Origin: Octopus vulgaris
Taxonomy: Eukaryota
Length of the DNA: 64,000 nt
Direction of reading: 5' to 3'
Assembly: GCA_951406725.2 (NCBI GenBank)
Contig: OX597823.1
Location: 37,076,001 to 37,140,000, forward strand
This document shows, in pieces, positions 53,241-64,000 of the stretch. The notes under the pieces were generated by a model. The model was not told the origin of the DNA. It saw only the letters and a list, made by a program, of their open reading frames with translations, and ran no database searches. The position numbers were made by a program, and so were the translations under genes. The stretch's first letter is position 1. Each line of letters opens with the position of its first letter.

Positions 53241-53402
53241 TATACATACATATGTATATATATATGTATATATATAAATTTAAAATGAGGGTGAGAAATT
53301 AGATATTAATTTAATCAACATCGATTTCACACCAGTGGTCTAGCATATAAAAAAACTGAAAGTTCAGTAAAATTGTATTATGTATATATATTAGAGGGAA
53401 AC

Positions 53403-53615
53403 CACTATGTGGACACCCTTATGCTAGAAATAGATCCGCTATGGTCTTACCACTAAGAAATGTTCTCAAGAAATAATTAGCAAAACAACCAAAACGTAAT
53501 CGAACAAGACAAAAGAAAAAGCAATAAAAATATGGATCAATATTTTTCTTGAGGACATTTCTTAGTGGTAAGACCATAGCGGATCTATTTCTAACATAAG
53601 GGTGTCCACATAGTG
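53403..53615. repeat. ~71 bp inverted repeat (53403-53473 / 53545-53615), TA-flanked; related single arm at about 32410-32545
   Basis: cactatgtggacacccttatg.tagaaatagatccgctatggtcttaccactaagaaatgt.ctcaagaaa and its reverse complement. Confidence 0.9.
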
Positions 53616-53619
53616 TATA

Positions 53620-53677
<58 letters not shown>

Positions 53678-53711
53678 CAAATATATATATATATAAATAA
53701 ATATGTATATT

Positions 53712-53749
<38 letters not shown>

Positions 53750-53756
53750 CATACAT

Positions 53757-53820
<64 letters not shown>

Positions 53821-54242
53821 TAGTTATAATCTCCTGATAAATAAAATGTGGTATTCTAAATATACTTTTTACAAGCTGCTCGATATTGCAACACTGTTTC
53901 TAAAAGTGCAATTATTAAATTGTGTTCCCAGTTATACATTTAAGGAACGTTGCTGTTTATATTTGTGGATATTAGATTAAATATCGAATATCCATTATAT
54001 TTTGGTGTACGTTATTGAAACAGCATTAAATTAAAATAGTCATCTGTGTACCATACTTAATGTATATACATCGTTGACAAAGCAAGTTTCTGCAGCTTTC
54101 GACTGATTTTTAGTTGCCGGGTACTTTTCGCAATATTAGTGAATGTACTTCACTGTTCCCTTTATATTAGGGGCGACAAATTTTGTTCAGTCACATGACT
54201 GCAAGTACACATCGCTGAAAAAAATGATTTTTCGTCTTCCTC

Positions 54243-54338
<96 letters not shown>

Positions 54339-54493
54339 TATGAGAGGTAATGGTGTTTGTGAGACCCAAAGGTGTGAGGCAATGTTGAATAAGTGCTATA
54401 GATAGACCGTAGTTGAGTTCCAGATTCGGTGATTATGCGAATAAGGGGTCCAACATAGGTCATATATCATAGTGTGTATATAAATCTTTTTTT

Positions 54494-54874
54494 TTTCGTA
54501 ATGAGATAAAAAAAAAGGCTGTGTAAATTTTAGAACATTTAAAAATAGAAGGTATTACAGCTGTTTCTAGGATATTTATTATATCCCTTCATCGGAAACG
54601 GTGTGAGAAGATGGTTAAGCAATAGTTAAATTAGATAAGATACGAAGTAGAGGTGGAGGAATGAAAATAGATATGAGATATGCAGGGATATTGTATTTGT
54701 AGATCCATTATTTAGGCAGAATGGTATACATATAAGATTCCAATACCTCATGAGTAAATTCAAATACCTATCCGATGAAGGGATATAATAAATATCCTAG
54801 AAACAGCTGTAAGACTTTCTATGTATAAATGTTCTAAAATCTCCACAGCCTTGGTTTTTTTTATCTCATTACGG

Positions 54875-54877
<3 letters not shown>
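54494..54877. mobile_element. Inverted pair of Penelope-like termini, each with a U4C hammerhead-like motif
   Basis: Arms 54494-54596 and 54771-54877. Both read CCGATGA a gggatat-aataa-atatcct a GAAA cagctg TA outward. Confidence 0.75.
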
Positions 54878-54928
<51 letters not shown>

Positions 54929-55169
54929 TGCTTTTCTCGAACGCAGGATCTTGACTGTTCGGAACAATGTTGAGGTTATATACTAGCCTTAACTACTATT
55001 TTTCTTGATGGGCACGAACAAAGTGTCAGCTCTCATTGATATTTGAAATATATATGTCAGTGTACTTCACATGGAACATGCCCAACGTCGGATGGCCTGA
55101 AGGCCTTTTCCTCACATGAGTGACTCAGTGTGAACTAAGACAGATGGAATCCTTGTTCAACCTCACCAA

Positions 55170-55600
55170 CACTTTATAAATGGAGCAAGTAGTACTCCAA
55201 TCAACTGGGGCAAATAATATACTTGAAGAGAATGGCTTGTTGAATAACACCCAGCACGGTTTCGACCAAGTAGAAGCTGCCTGCCACAACTCTTCCAACA
55301 CGACTGGGAGTTAAAACAGCTATTCAACAACTGAATTGTGGATGTGATATATCTCGACTTTGCTAAAGACTTTAATAAAATTGACACGATATATGTCACA
55401 AGCTGCGTAATCTTAGCATAGTCGGAAAACATTGAGGGAAACTTCACGACTTTCAAAAAGAGTGAAATCAGATAGTATTAATCAACATGGCTACCTCTAA
55501 GAAACGCTGATAACGAATGTTGTCCTACAGAGCAGTGTCTTAAGGTTACTGCTATTCTATCGACCCTCTCAGATTTGCCCTCAACTGCTTGATATGTCCT
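55170..55600 (+). pseudogene. CR1-type LINE RT fragment
   Basis: EENGLLNNTQHGFRPSRSCLPQL..VDVIYLDFAKDFNKID. Confidence 0.82.
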
Positions 55601-55854
55601 CAACTGCAGAACCAGAAATCCGGGACCTGGAATGATCCAGTAATTTTTTGCTAGTTTATTTTGTCTTTTTTGCCTTCTCTCCTGGTGCTGTATGAACATT
55701 TAATGTGGTTTTAGAGTCAAGATTTGACTGCTATTTCCAGCATGGTGGTATCTCTTAGATACCCTAAATTATAATTTTTATAATTATTACCTTTGAAGGT
55801 TTTTATTCCCATGCTGGCCACTTGATAGGATCGATATTTAAATAACGATCTTAT

Positions 55855-55890
<36 letters not shown>

Positions 55891-55907
55891 GTGTGTGTGT
55901 GTGTGTA

Positions 55908-55944
<37 letters not shown>

Positions 55945-55948
<4 letters not shown>

Positions 55949-56292
55949 TTGTCCCCCAACGCTTCTTGACAACTAATGTTGGTAGGTTAGCGGTTCGGCA
56001 AAAGAGACCAATAGAATAGCTTTTAGGCTTTAAAAAGCAAGGGGATACGGAGGTCGATTCATTCAGCTAAAAATCCTTCAAGTTGGTGCACCAGCATGGC
56101 CGCAGTCTAATGACTGAAACAATTAAAATATAAAAGATGGTGGCTGTTTGGTAAGAAGCTTGCTTCCCAACTACATGGTTCAGGGTTCAGTCCCACTGCA
56201 TGACACCTTGGGCAAGTGTCTTCTACTGTAACATCGGGCCAACCAAAGTCTTTTGAGTGGATTTAGTAGACAGAAACTTAAAGAAACCCGTC

Positions 56293-56360
<68 letters not shown>

Positions 56361-56570
56361 GTATATGTTTGTGTGTTTGTCCCCACCCCACGATCGCTTG
56401 ACAGCCGTTTACATCCCCGTAACTTAGCAGTTCCTTAAAAGAACCCGATATAATAAGTTCTAGGCTTACAAAGAATAAGTCCTGAGGTCGATTTGTTCGA
56501 GTAAGGGCGGTATTCCAGCATGGCCGCAGTGAAAATGCCTGAAACAAATAAACGAGAAAAGAATAAGAGA
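55945..56570 (+). mobile_element. SINE family A: a 3' half followed by a full copy
   Basis: 3' half at 55945-56135. Head tggctgtttggtaagaagcttgcttcccaac at about 56140, then internal (TA)n and a 3' half to 56570. Confidence 0.82.
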
Positions 56571-56673
56571 ATGCATACATATACATATATACATATATAT
56601 ATATACACACACACACACACGTATATAGGGAGAATTCACAAAAAATATATACATACATACATGTATGCATGTA

Positions 56674-56729
<56 letters not shown>

Positions 56730-56783
56730 TGTAATGTATATATAAAAATTTTATAAGAAGTGTGACCGTGACATCGAGGTCTT

Positions 56784-56822
56784 GGCCTGATAAAGGCTAG
56801 CAGCCTTAACTTCGAAGTCGCT
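56784..56822 (+). ncRNA. Decayed hammerhead-like motif
   Basis: ggc CTGATAA aggct-agc-agcct TAA cttcgaag TC gct. The topology is kept but G8 and GAAA are damaged. Confidence 0.35.
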
Positions 56823-56995
56823 ATCAGCCTTTTCCGTGCGAAAGCTTAATAAACATTTACTGTACTAAGAAGTATTGAGTAATCCTTCAGTTCAATGTTA
56901 AATTGTTTTAAAATATAACTTCACATAAAAACAGATATTAATATACATATACATCAAATCCGTATAATATTCATTTATATATATATATGTATATG

Positions 56996-57043
<48 letters not shown>

Positions 57044-57270
57044 ATGTGTGCGTGTATATATGTGTGTGTGTATGTATGTATGTATGTATTTATGTATGTA
57101 TGTATGTACGTATGTATGTATGTATGTATAGTTATCATTTATAAATAAACTGTACTTCATGCATGAAGTACTGATTTTGTTCGTTTTTATGTCCAAAACG
57201 TGTGTCGTGTATGTACATGTGTATTTACACACACACATACAAACACACAAACACGCGTGCATACACACGC

Positions 57271-57336
<66 letters not shown>

Positions 57337-57746
57337 ACATACACGCATGTAAAATAAAACATCACTGCGGGGAGCGTGTAAAATGATCTATCGAATTTCC
57401 AGAAATCCCAACCTTTTCCTCGGGATAAAAAAAATATAAACAAGAATATGAATAGACCTAATGATTCCAAGACAACCACTCCTAGAAGTTGGGTAGCTAA
57501 GGGGATAGGCTCGCTTCCTTTTAGGTAATGGCCCACAAAATATAGGTGTTTTATATGTTAGATTCTCCGGGATTGAAATATGTTCTACAGAGAAAAAGAA
57601 TTATGGAGTTAGTTGCTAAATGGATGTCGAAAATGATTGGATGAGGAAGTTGAATGGTTTCGAAGAGAGTAAATGGAATTAACATTCGTAATTACACGAG
57701 AATTAGGAAGTGATGCTAACATTATTATTTTTAGTAGTGGTGCTAT

Positions 57747-58050
57747 TAAGGCGGCGAGCTGGCAGAATCATTTGCACGCCAGGCAAAATGATTAGCGGCC
57801 TTTCATCCGTCTTCATGTTCTCAATTCAAGTTCAGCGAGGTCGACTTTGCCTTTCATCCTTTCGAGGTCGATAAAATAAGTACCACCTGAGCACTAGGAG
57901 TCGATGTAATCGACTTATCCCTCCCCTTTGTGCCAAAATTTGAAACCATTATCATTATTGAGCTGGCAGAATTATTAGCACACCGGGCAATGTGCTTAGC
58001 GGCATTTCGTTCGTCTTTATGTTCTGAATTCCGCCGAAGTCGACTTTGCT
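57747..58050 (+). mobile_element. SINE family C, one copy plus a partial second copy
   Basis: aaggcggcgagctggcagaatc head and gcctttcatcctttcgaggtcgataaaataagtacca core. Confidence 0.8.
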
Positions 58051-58499
58051 TGATCACTGATCAATCGTGAAACAAAAAAAATATGATTCAAGATTTTCCA
58101 GTTGGGACAATGCCGTCTTTTTGTATACTAGAAACAGCATGTCTCCATATAACCTTTATTAATTTTGGTTGGGTGTGATTTGAGAGAGATCTGGCTTCTA
58201 TCTTGAGAATGTTGCATGACGATGTGCTAGATAAGAAAAAAAAAGCAAACTTGCCTGCCTGTAAGCAATACATACACAAACATTCATACACACACACACA
58301 CTTTTCTTTCTTTACTTCTTTTTTAAGCGCAGTTTCATGTTGAACTAAGGAAGATGACTATTACTTCAGCAAAGTGGCCGTCATTTATATAAATGTATTT
58401 AAAAAAAGTAGTAATAAAGAGAAGTGTTTTACGGTTACACATATACATATCATTGCGTATGATCCTTGCGCGTAGCTTGGCCTAGGGATCACCACCAAA

Positions 58500-59800
58500 C
58501 ACTCTAATTGCAGAGACCCTGAAGAGTTTTGGTTTGCACCGAACTATAGCTCAAATCAAAAGGAAAAGGAACGAATTCATTCGTTCGTATGCCACATATA
58601 GAATTATTAGACAATGTATTCAAAGAGGAGACTAAAACACAAAAGGGCGAAAAAGAAACCAGTGACTCAATGGAATTCGAGAAGGGTCGGGGAGACGCTG
58701 TGAGAGGGGAACACAACAAAACGGATATCACCACTTTGGACAACTGTGAGCCCAAGGAGAACAAGAGCAGCAAAGCAGAGGCCGGCCAGGAAAAACAGAA
58801 GCAAAATATGATGAATAAAGCACAAGCATGCTGAGGATGGCCATAGGTTCTAAGTGAATGCTAAAACAAAAAGAAGAAAACAAAGGCTCTGGAATAGAGA
58901 AAGCCCAAACAGTCTGTAAGTTCTGTACAAAAGGTATCTGCTGGTATGGAAACGTCGGGACAGGCTGTAGATTTCTTCATCAAAACTCCCGATCGGTACT
59001 CGTTTCGCTCGCCTTAAGACAACAAACAACTCCACCAGGATCAACGAGGGTACAAGTTAGGTCACAAACCACGATGCCTCCATCTTGGAAATATGTGGAT
59101 GGTACATGCACTGTTCCTAAGAGGAAACAATATATTGACACAGTACGGACAGCAGCTAATGAATGACAGTCTGTTTTGGAAATGGCACATACGATTGTAG
59201 GGCAGCTGATCTGGCTTCATCAGACATTAAGTTAGAGAAACAGATTCCAGCACTCAAGACCACTGCAAGCAACAAAAGATCCAGAGTGGCCAACTCTAAC
59301 GCCTCTACAAATGTCAGGCCAGAGGCCACTACCGACATCCTACATATCGCACTAATATTTTTGCTGAATGCCAGGGCCCTGTAACGACCTACTGATGCAA
59401 AACCCCATACTTGAAAGACTTAGTTACGTGTGATCAAGCAATATGCATGGTACTAACAGAAACACATCTGAACGCTGACATAGCAGATGCTGAAATATAT
59501 ATACCAAAGTATGCTGTATTTCGAACAGACAGAAGAGAAAGAACTCATGGTGGCAATGTACATCCGGGAAGACGCCACGCCTGTCGTCCTGCTATCACAA
59601 TGAAACTCAGTTTGTGACGTTCTGATAGTACATATTAAACAGACGAAAACGGTAATATGTACTACATATTACCCACCAGATGCTCGAAGAGAGACTCAAA
59701 AGATGGAACACATATTAAACAACCTAAATGACAGGCTTATCATATTTCTAGGAGACTTGAAATTCCCTAATGTCGAATGGCCTGAGGGCCGCCTCTCTCA
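58500..59800 (+). pseudogene. CR1-type LINE 5' part: ORF1 with CCCH finger and start of the ORF2 APE endonuclease
   Basis: VCKFCTKGICWYGNVGTGCRFLH, then LLNARAL, MVLTETHLNADIADAEIYIPKYAVFRTDRRERTHGG, YYPPD and IIFLGDLKFPNVEW. Confidence 0.82.
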
Positions 59801-60321
59801 GGCATGAACAGACTGGATGTAGTGGTTTGTAGTCGTATATGGTAGGAGTGGACATACGTGTGATGGAAGGAGGTGAGGGGTGTCCGAAAAGTAGAAGTTG
59901 CTGTAGTTACGGTAGAAAAGGTAAAGCGAGAAGTCAGCAAGTGTCTGATTTAGAGGCTGGAGCTGGTTGGCGAGTGGTTCCATAGTAATCAGTCAGGAAG
60001 TATTGTTTGCGATGTAGTCAAGGGTTTGTGTACGTAAAGCTGATAGCTGCTTTAAGATATAGGGGTGGGTGTGGAAACGGTGTTGCATAGTATGGTAGGG
60101 AGTAGGTAAGACAGTTGTTAAAGGATCGATTATGTGCAGGGAATATGTGGTTTGGTAGGCGGTCAGTTTGGAGGCGGGAAAGAGATCAAGAATGCTTAGA
60201 GTTTCTGTGTATCGATCAGAAATAGATATTGGGATGAAACTAATTATTAATCAGAAGATTCAGTTTCTATTCAAGCAGAGGACTGACAATAATATAATAT
60301 ATTCACTTTTAATTACATGAA

Positions 60322-60807
60322 GGCGCATGGCTCAGTGGTTAGAGCGTCGAGCTTACGATCGCGAGGTTGTGAGCTCGAATCCCGGACCGGGCTGCGTGTT
60401 GTGTTCTTGAGCAAGGCACTTTATTTCACGTTGCTCCAGTTCACTCAGCTGTAGAAATGAGTGAAGGCGCATGGCTCAGTGGTTAGAGCGTCGAGCTTAC
60501 GATCGCGAGGTCGTGAGCTCGAATCCCGGACCGGGCTGCGTGTTGTGTTCTTGAGCAAGGCACTTAATTTTTTTTCAATTTGCTCCAGTTCACTCAGCTG
60601 TAGAAATGAGTTGCGACGTCACTGGTGCCAAGCTGTATCGGCCCTTGCCTTTCCCTTGGACAACATCGGTGACGTGGAGAGGGGAGGCCGGTATGCATGG
60701 GCGACTGCTGGTCTTCCATAAACCACCTTGCCCAGACTTGTGTCTAGGAGGGTAACTTTCTAGGTGCAATCCCATGGTCATTCATGACCGAAGGGGGTCT
60801 TTACCCC
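60322..60807 (+). mobile_element. SINE family B with duplicated tRNA head, bounded by a TSD
   Basis: Head 60322-60461 is repeated from 60466. tttaattacatgaa occurs at 60308-60321 and 60808-60821. Confidence 0.9.
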
Positions 60808-61949
60808 TTTAATTACATGAAACCGTTTTCTATCAGACCTTGTTTTGCCAAGTCTCAAGAGAAATGTCACGGTCATACTTTGAGGATTTGGGTTGCATAA
60901 ATTTTCTGTTCTTGATATTCAGCAGTAAACAGTAGACTTAACTAAGACATAGATGCAGCATAACTGTTGCCTTTAGTATTCTGTTTCTTCTGAAATATAT
61001 CCTCACACATTACACAGAAATTTTCGTAATCATAAGAAAAAACTCAAATTCGAGGAGGAGCCAGTTTGTGAAGGAGAAGAGAGACTAAAATGTTTGATAA
61101 TCGCTGATATAATGTGTTTATGTTATTTAGGAAAGTTATGAACAGATACAACCAGATGTTAGTGTATATGTATATATATATGATACATAAATGTGTGTTT
61201 AGACACATATATGTATTCATGTATGTGTGCGTATATGTATGTATATATATATATGTGTGTGTGTGTGTATGTACGCATGTATGTAACATAACTATGCAAA
61301 TTGCAAATTATGCACCTGGTACTGGCAATATAACATGGTTGAATTACAATGATTGCCATAAGCTATCTTTCCCTAAACCAAAAAGTGTCGGCCTCTTTTA
61401 CGAATGTCATTTGTCGGACATGAAACCAAGCGATAGTCATGATGTCTACCAGCTGGAAGAACAAGAATGGAAGAAAGTGCCACCGAACATACGAGATTTC
61501 TTCGTTATTCTTACTTCTCACTTTAACCTCAAATTGCAGCATTAACTGCATTACCTGGAGTTCATTGAAGAGTCCAATCTCTGACAGCGGTGGTAGGTAT
61601 TAAATATTTCGTAAACATAATTTCCGACTGAGGGATATAACTTTTCTAAGGAATATTAATTGCCACCATTAACCATTGACAGTTTCCACGGCTTCCAGAG
61701 TTCAAATCGTCCCTAGGACATCCCATCAGAGTTGAGTGCTCTTGCGCCTAAGTTAGACCGTGTTGGCGCTTCCGATAAAATGTTTTGCTGTATTTGTTTC
61801 AGTTATCTGAACTCATATTCTGTCGAAGTTTAGTTACCTTTCATTACCAGATCGATAAAATAAAGTACCAGTAAAGTACAGTGGTTGATATAATCGAGTG
61901 TTCCCCTCCATTAATTTCAGATCTTACTCTTATAAGAGAATAGTTAACA

Positions 61950-62154
61950 TGCGGAACAAAATACCTGGCAGTATTTCATTCGGCTTATCGCTCTGAGTTC
62001 AAATTTCGCCGAGACCGACTTTGTCTTTCATCCTTTCGGGTTCGATTAAATAAGTACCAGTCGAGTACTGGGGTCGATATAATCGACTCAACCTTTCCTC
62101 CGAACATGCTGGCCTTGTGCCAAAATTTGAAACCATTATTATTATTATTATTAT

Positions 62155-62204
<50 letters not shown>

Positions 62205-62440
62205 ATAGTAGTAGTAGTAGTAGTAGTGTAGAAAGGATTATAATTGAAGGTGGTGAGCTGGCAGAATCGTTAGTACGTCGGGCAAAATGCTTAGCGGTGT
62301 TTCGTCCGTCGCTACGTTCTGAGTTCAAATACCGCCGAGGTCGACTTTGCATTTCATACTTCTGAAGTACTAGTTGCGTACTTAATCGACTAGTCCCTTC
62401 CCCCAAAATTTCGGGTCTTGTGCCTTTAGTAGAAAGAATT
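61950..62440 (+). mobile_element. SINE family C copies separated by (ATT)n(AGT)n
   Basis: GAGTTCAAAT B box and core motif at about 61995 and 62320. Confidence 0.78.
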
Positions 62441-63216
62441 ATTGTTATTATTAAAAAGAACAACAACAAAAACAACGAGAAGCAGGAGTGGAGCCAATCC
62501 TAGAAAATAAGTACATTTGTTCTGCTATTTAAGTCATTAAATAGTAATATCTTCAAAAGAGGCTTTACTCAGTCTTCAACCCAAGAAAGTGGATTGCAAC
62601 AGTTTAAAGAAACATTATACAAACATTTAATAATGATTTGTGTTTCGATGTTGTTCTGTCTTTGATGTTCTTGCTGATGCTACGACAATTGGTTTATTGC
62701 TTTTGCCAAAAACATGTAATGCCAATAACAGATATCCCAACACGACATCATCTTTGCTCCCCACCACTTCGCAAGACTAAGAAACACTCCTTCATTTCCC
62801 TCTCGGTCTTTCTTTCTCTCTCTCTCTCTCTCTCTCTGTAGCTTTCTCTGTTTCTCTCTCGCTCTCTCTTTCGATATATATATATATATATATGAATGTC
62901 TCACCTCTTTCTATGTATGCGCAAATATCAATCTTATACACCTCATCTCTCTCTCTCTCCGTCTCACTATGCATAACATTTTTCTAAATACATATCTAAC
63001 TTCACAGACATTCTATCGCCTGCCGCCCTTACCCCGTCTTCCATCTCATATGAAGTCATGTGACGGAAAATAGTTGCGACTCATGAGACAATCCAAAAAT
63101 GCTTTGAATACCGGAGTGTTTGCATTGATGCTCACGTATAACTCACACGCTCATATATGCATACACAAACATACATATTTACACACAGTCACATATAGAT
63201 ATACTCTTGTATGTGT

Positions 63217-63272
<56 letters not shown>

Positions 63273-63340
63273 TATACACACACACATACATATATATATA
63301 TATACATATACATATATACATATACATATATATATATATA

Positions 63341-63765
63341 TATAATATATATACACATACACATATATATACATATATACATATATATAATTATAGTTAC
63401 TCTACAAATGTATTGGGTTTTCTCTTTTACATGGTAGTTATACATAATTTACCACACACACATACCAATACACACACACACACACATGTATGAATGTATA
63501 TATAGGCATATACATATACATAGGGTGTGAATGTGTGTGTGTGTGTGTGTTTATATAATATATATACACATACACATATATATACATATATACATATATA
63601 TAATTATAGTTACTCTACAAATGTATTGGGTTTTCTCTTTTACATGGTAGTTATACATAATTTACCACACACACATACCAATACACACACACACACATGT
63701 ATGAATGTATATATAGGCATATGCATATACATAGGGTGTGAATGTGTGTGTGTGTGTGTGTTTAT
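63341..63765 (+). repeat. ~212 bp near-identical tandem duplication bounded by microsatellites
   Basis: aattatagttactctacaaatgtattgggttttctcttttacatggtagttatacataatttacc occurs at about 63389 and 63602. Confidence 0.9.
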
Positions 63766-64000
63766 ATATTTTGTATATATTATTGCCCGCATGCTTACTA
63801 TACGTACAAAAATAGAGAGATAAATCAAGTGTTTGTTTACGGCATATTTAGCAGCTGTGTATAACATAACGAGCAATCCAACAAGCAGGGCCAAAACATC
63901 CACGTCAACAGCAATGGTAAGTGGTTAAGCTGCTGGTATGGACCCCATCTCTTACCTAATGTTTCGGCTACATTTGAAAATATCGGCAATCAGAATGATC

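Noticed and set aside
59800-60240. Minus-strand Penelope RT-like remnant (also 32690-33110)
   Set aside because: Only vague motif resemblance that cannot be supported without a profile search.
60322-60395. tRNA genes (also 7070-7142 and 22480-22554)
   Set aside because: A and B boxes are present but continue into SINE bodies, with a TSD at 60308/60808 and no clean cloverleaf.
61290-61560. Possible host exon (ORF 61114-61545 C-terminal part)
   Set aside because: No recognisable domain, the ORF begins in a microsatellite, and there are no convincing paired splice sites.

Overview
AT-rich eukaryotic intergenic or intronic DNA, saturated with (TA)n, (CA)n, (AAT)n, (TATG)n and (GATA)n microsatellites. 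The tRNA-headed SINE families and repeat landscape resemble an Octopus (coleoid cephalopod) genome; this is an inference from recalled repeat families, not a database result. No host protein-coding gene can be supported, and most ORFs in the track are translated microsatellites. The recognisable content is decayed mobile DNA. DNA transposons: a near-complete IR/DR Tc1 (DD34E), pogo, Chapaev3-like, maT/mariner remnants and a non-autonomous Helitron. Retroelements: LINE fragments (RTE, CR1-type, HERO-like), a Neptune-type Penelope (GIY-YIG) 3' end that the ORF track misses, and four SINE families. The most notable unannotated signal is a set of minimal type I hammerhead ribozyme folds in (TA)n-anchored Penelope-like termini. 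Three unrelated copies share a compensatory U3-A8 core, two families have a U4C core, and one has an intact canonical core. Also notable are recurrent microsatellite-flanked fold-back elements and a 1.15 kb insertion with a 15-bp TSD inside a SINE tRNA head. Coordinates were read by eye and element boundaries are approximate unless a TSD or TIR is quoted.
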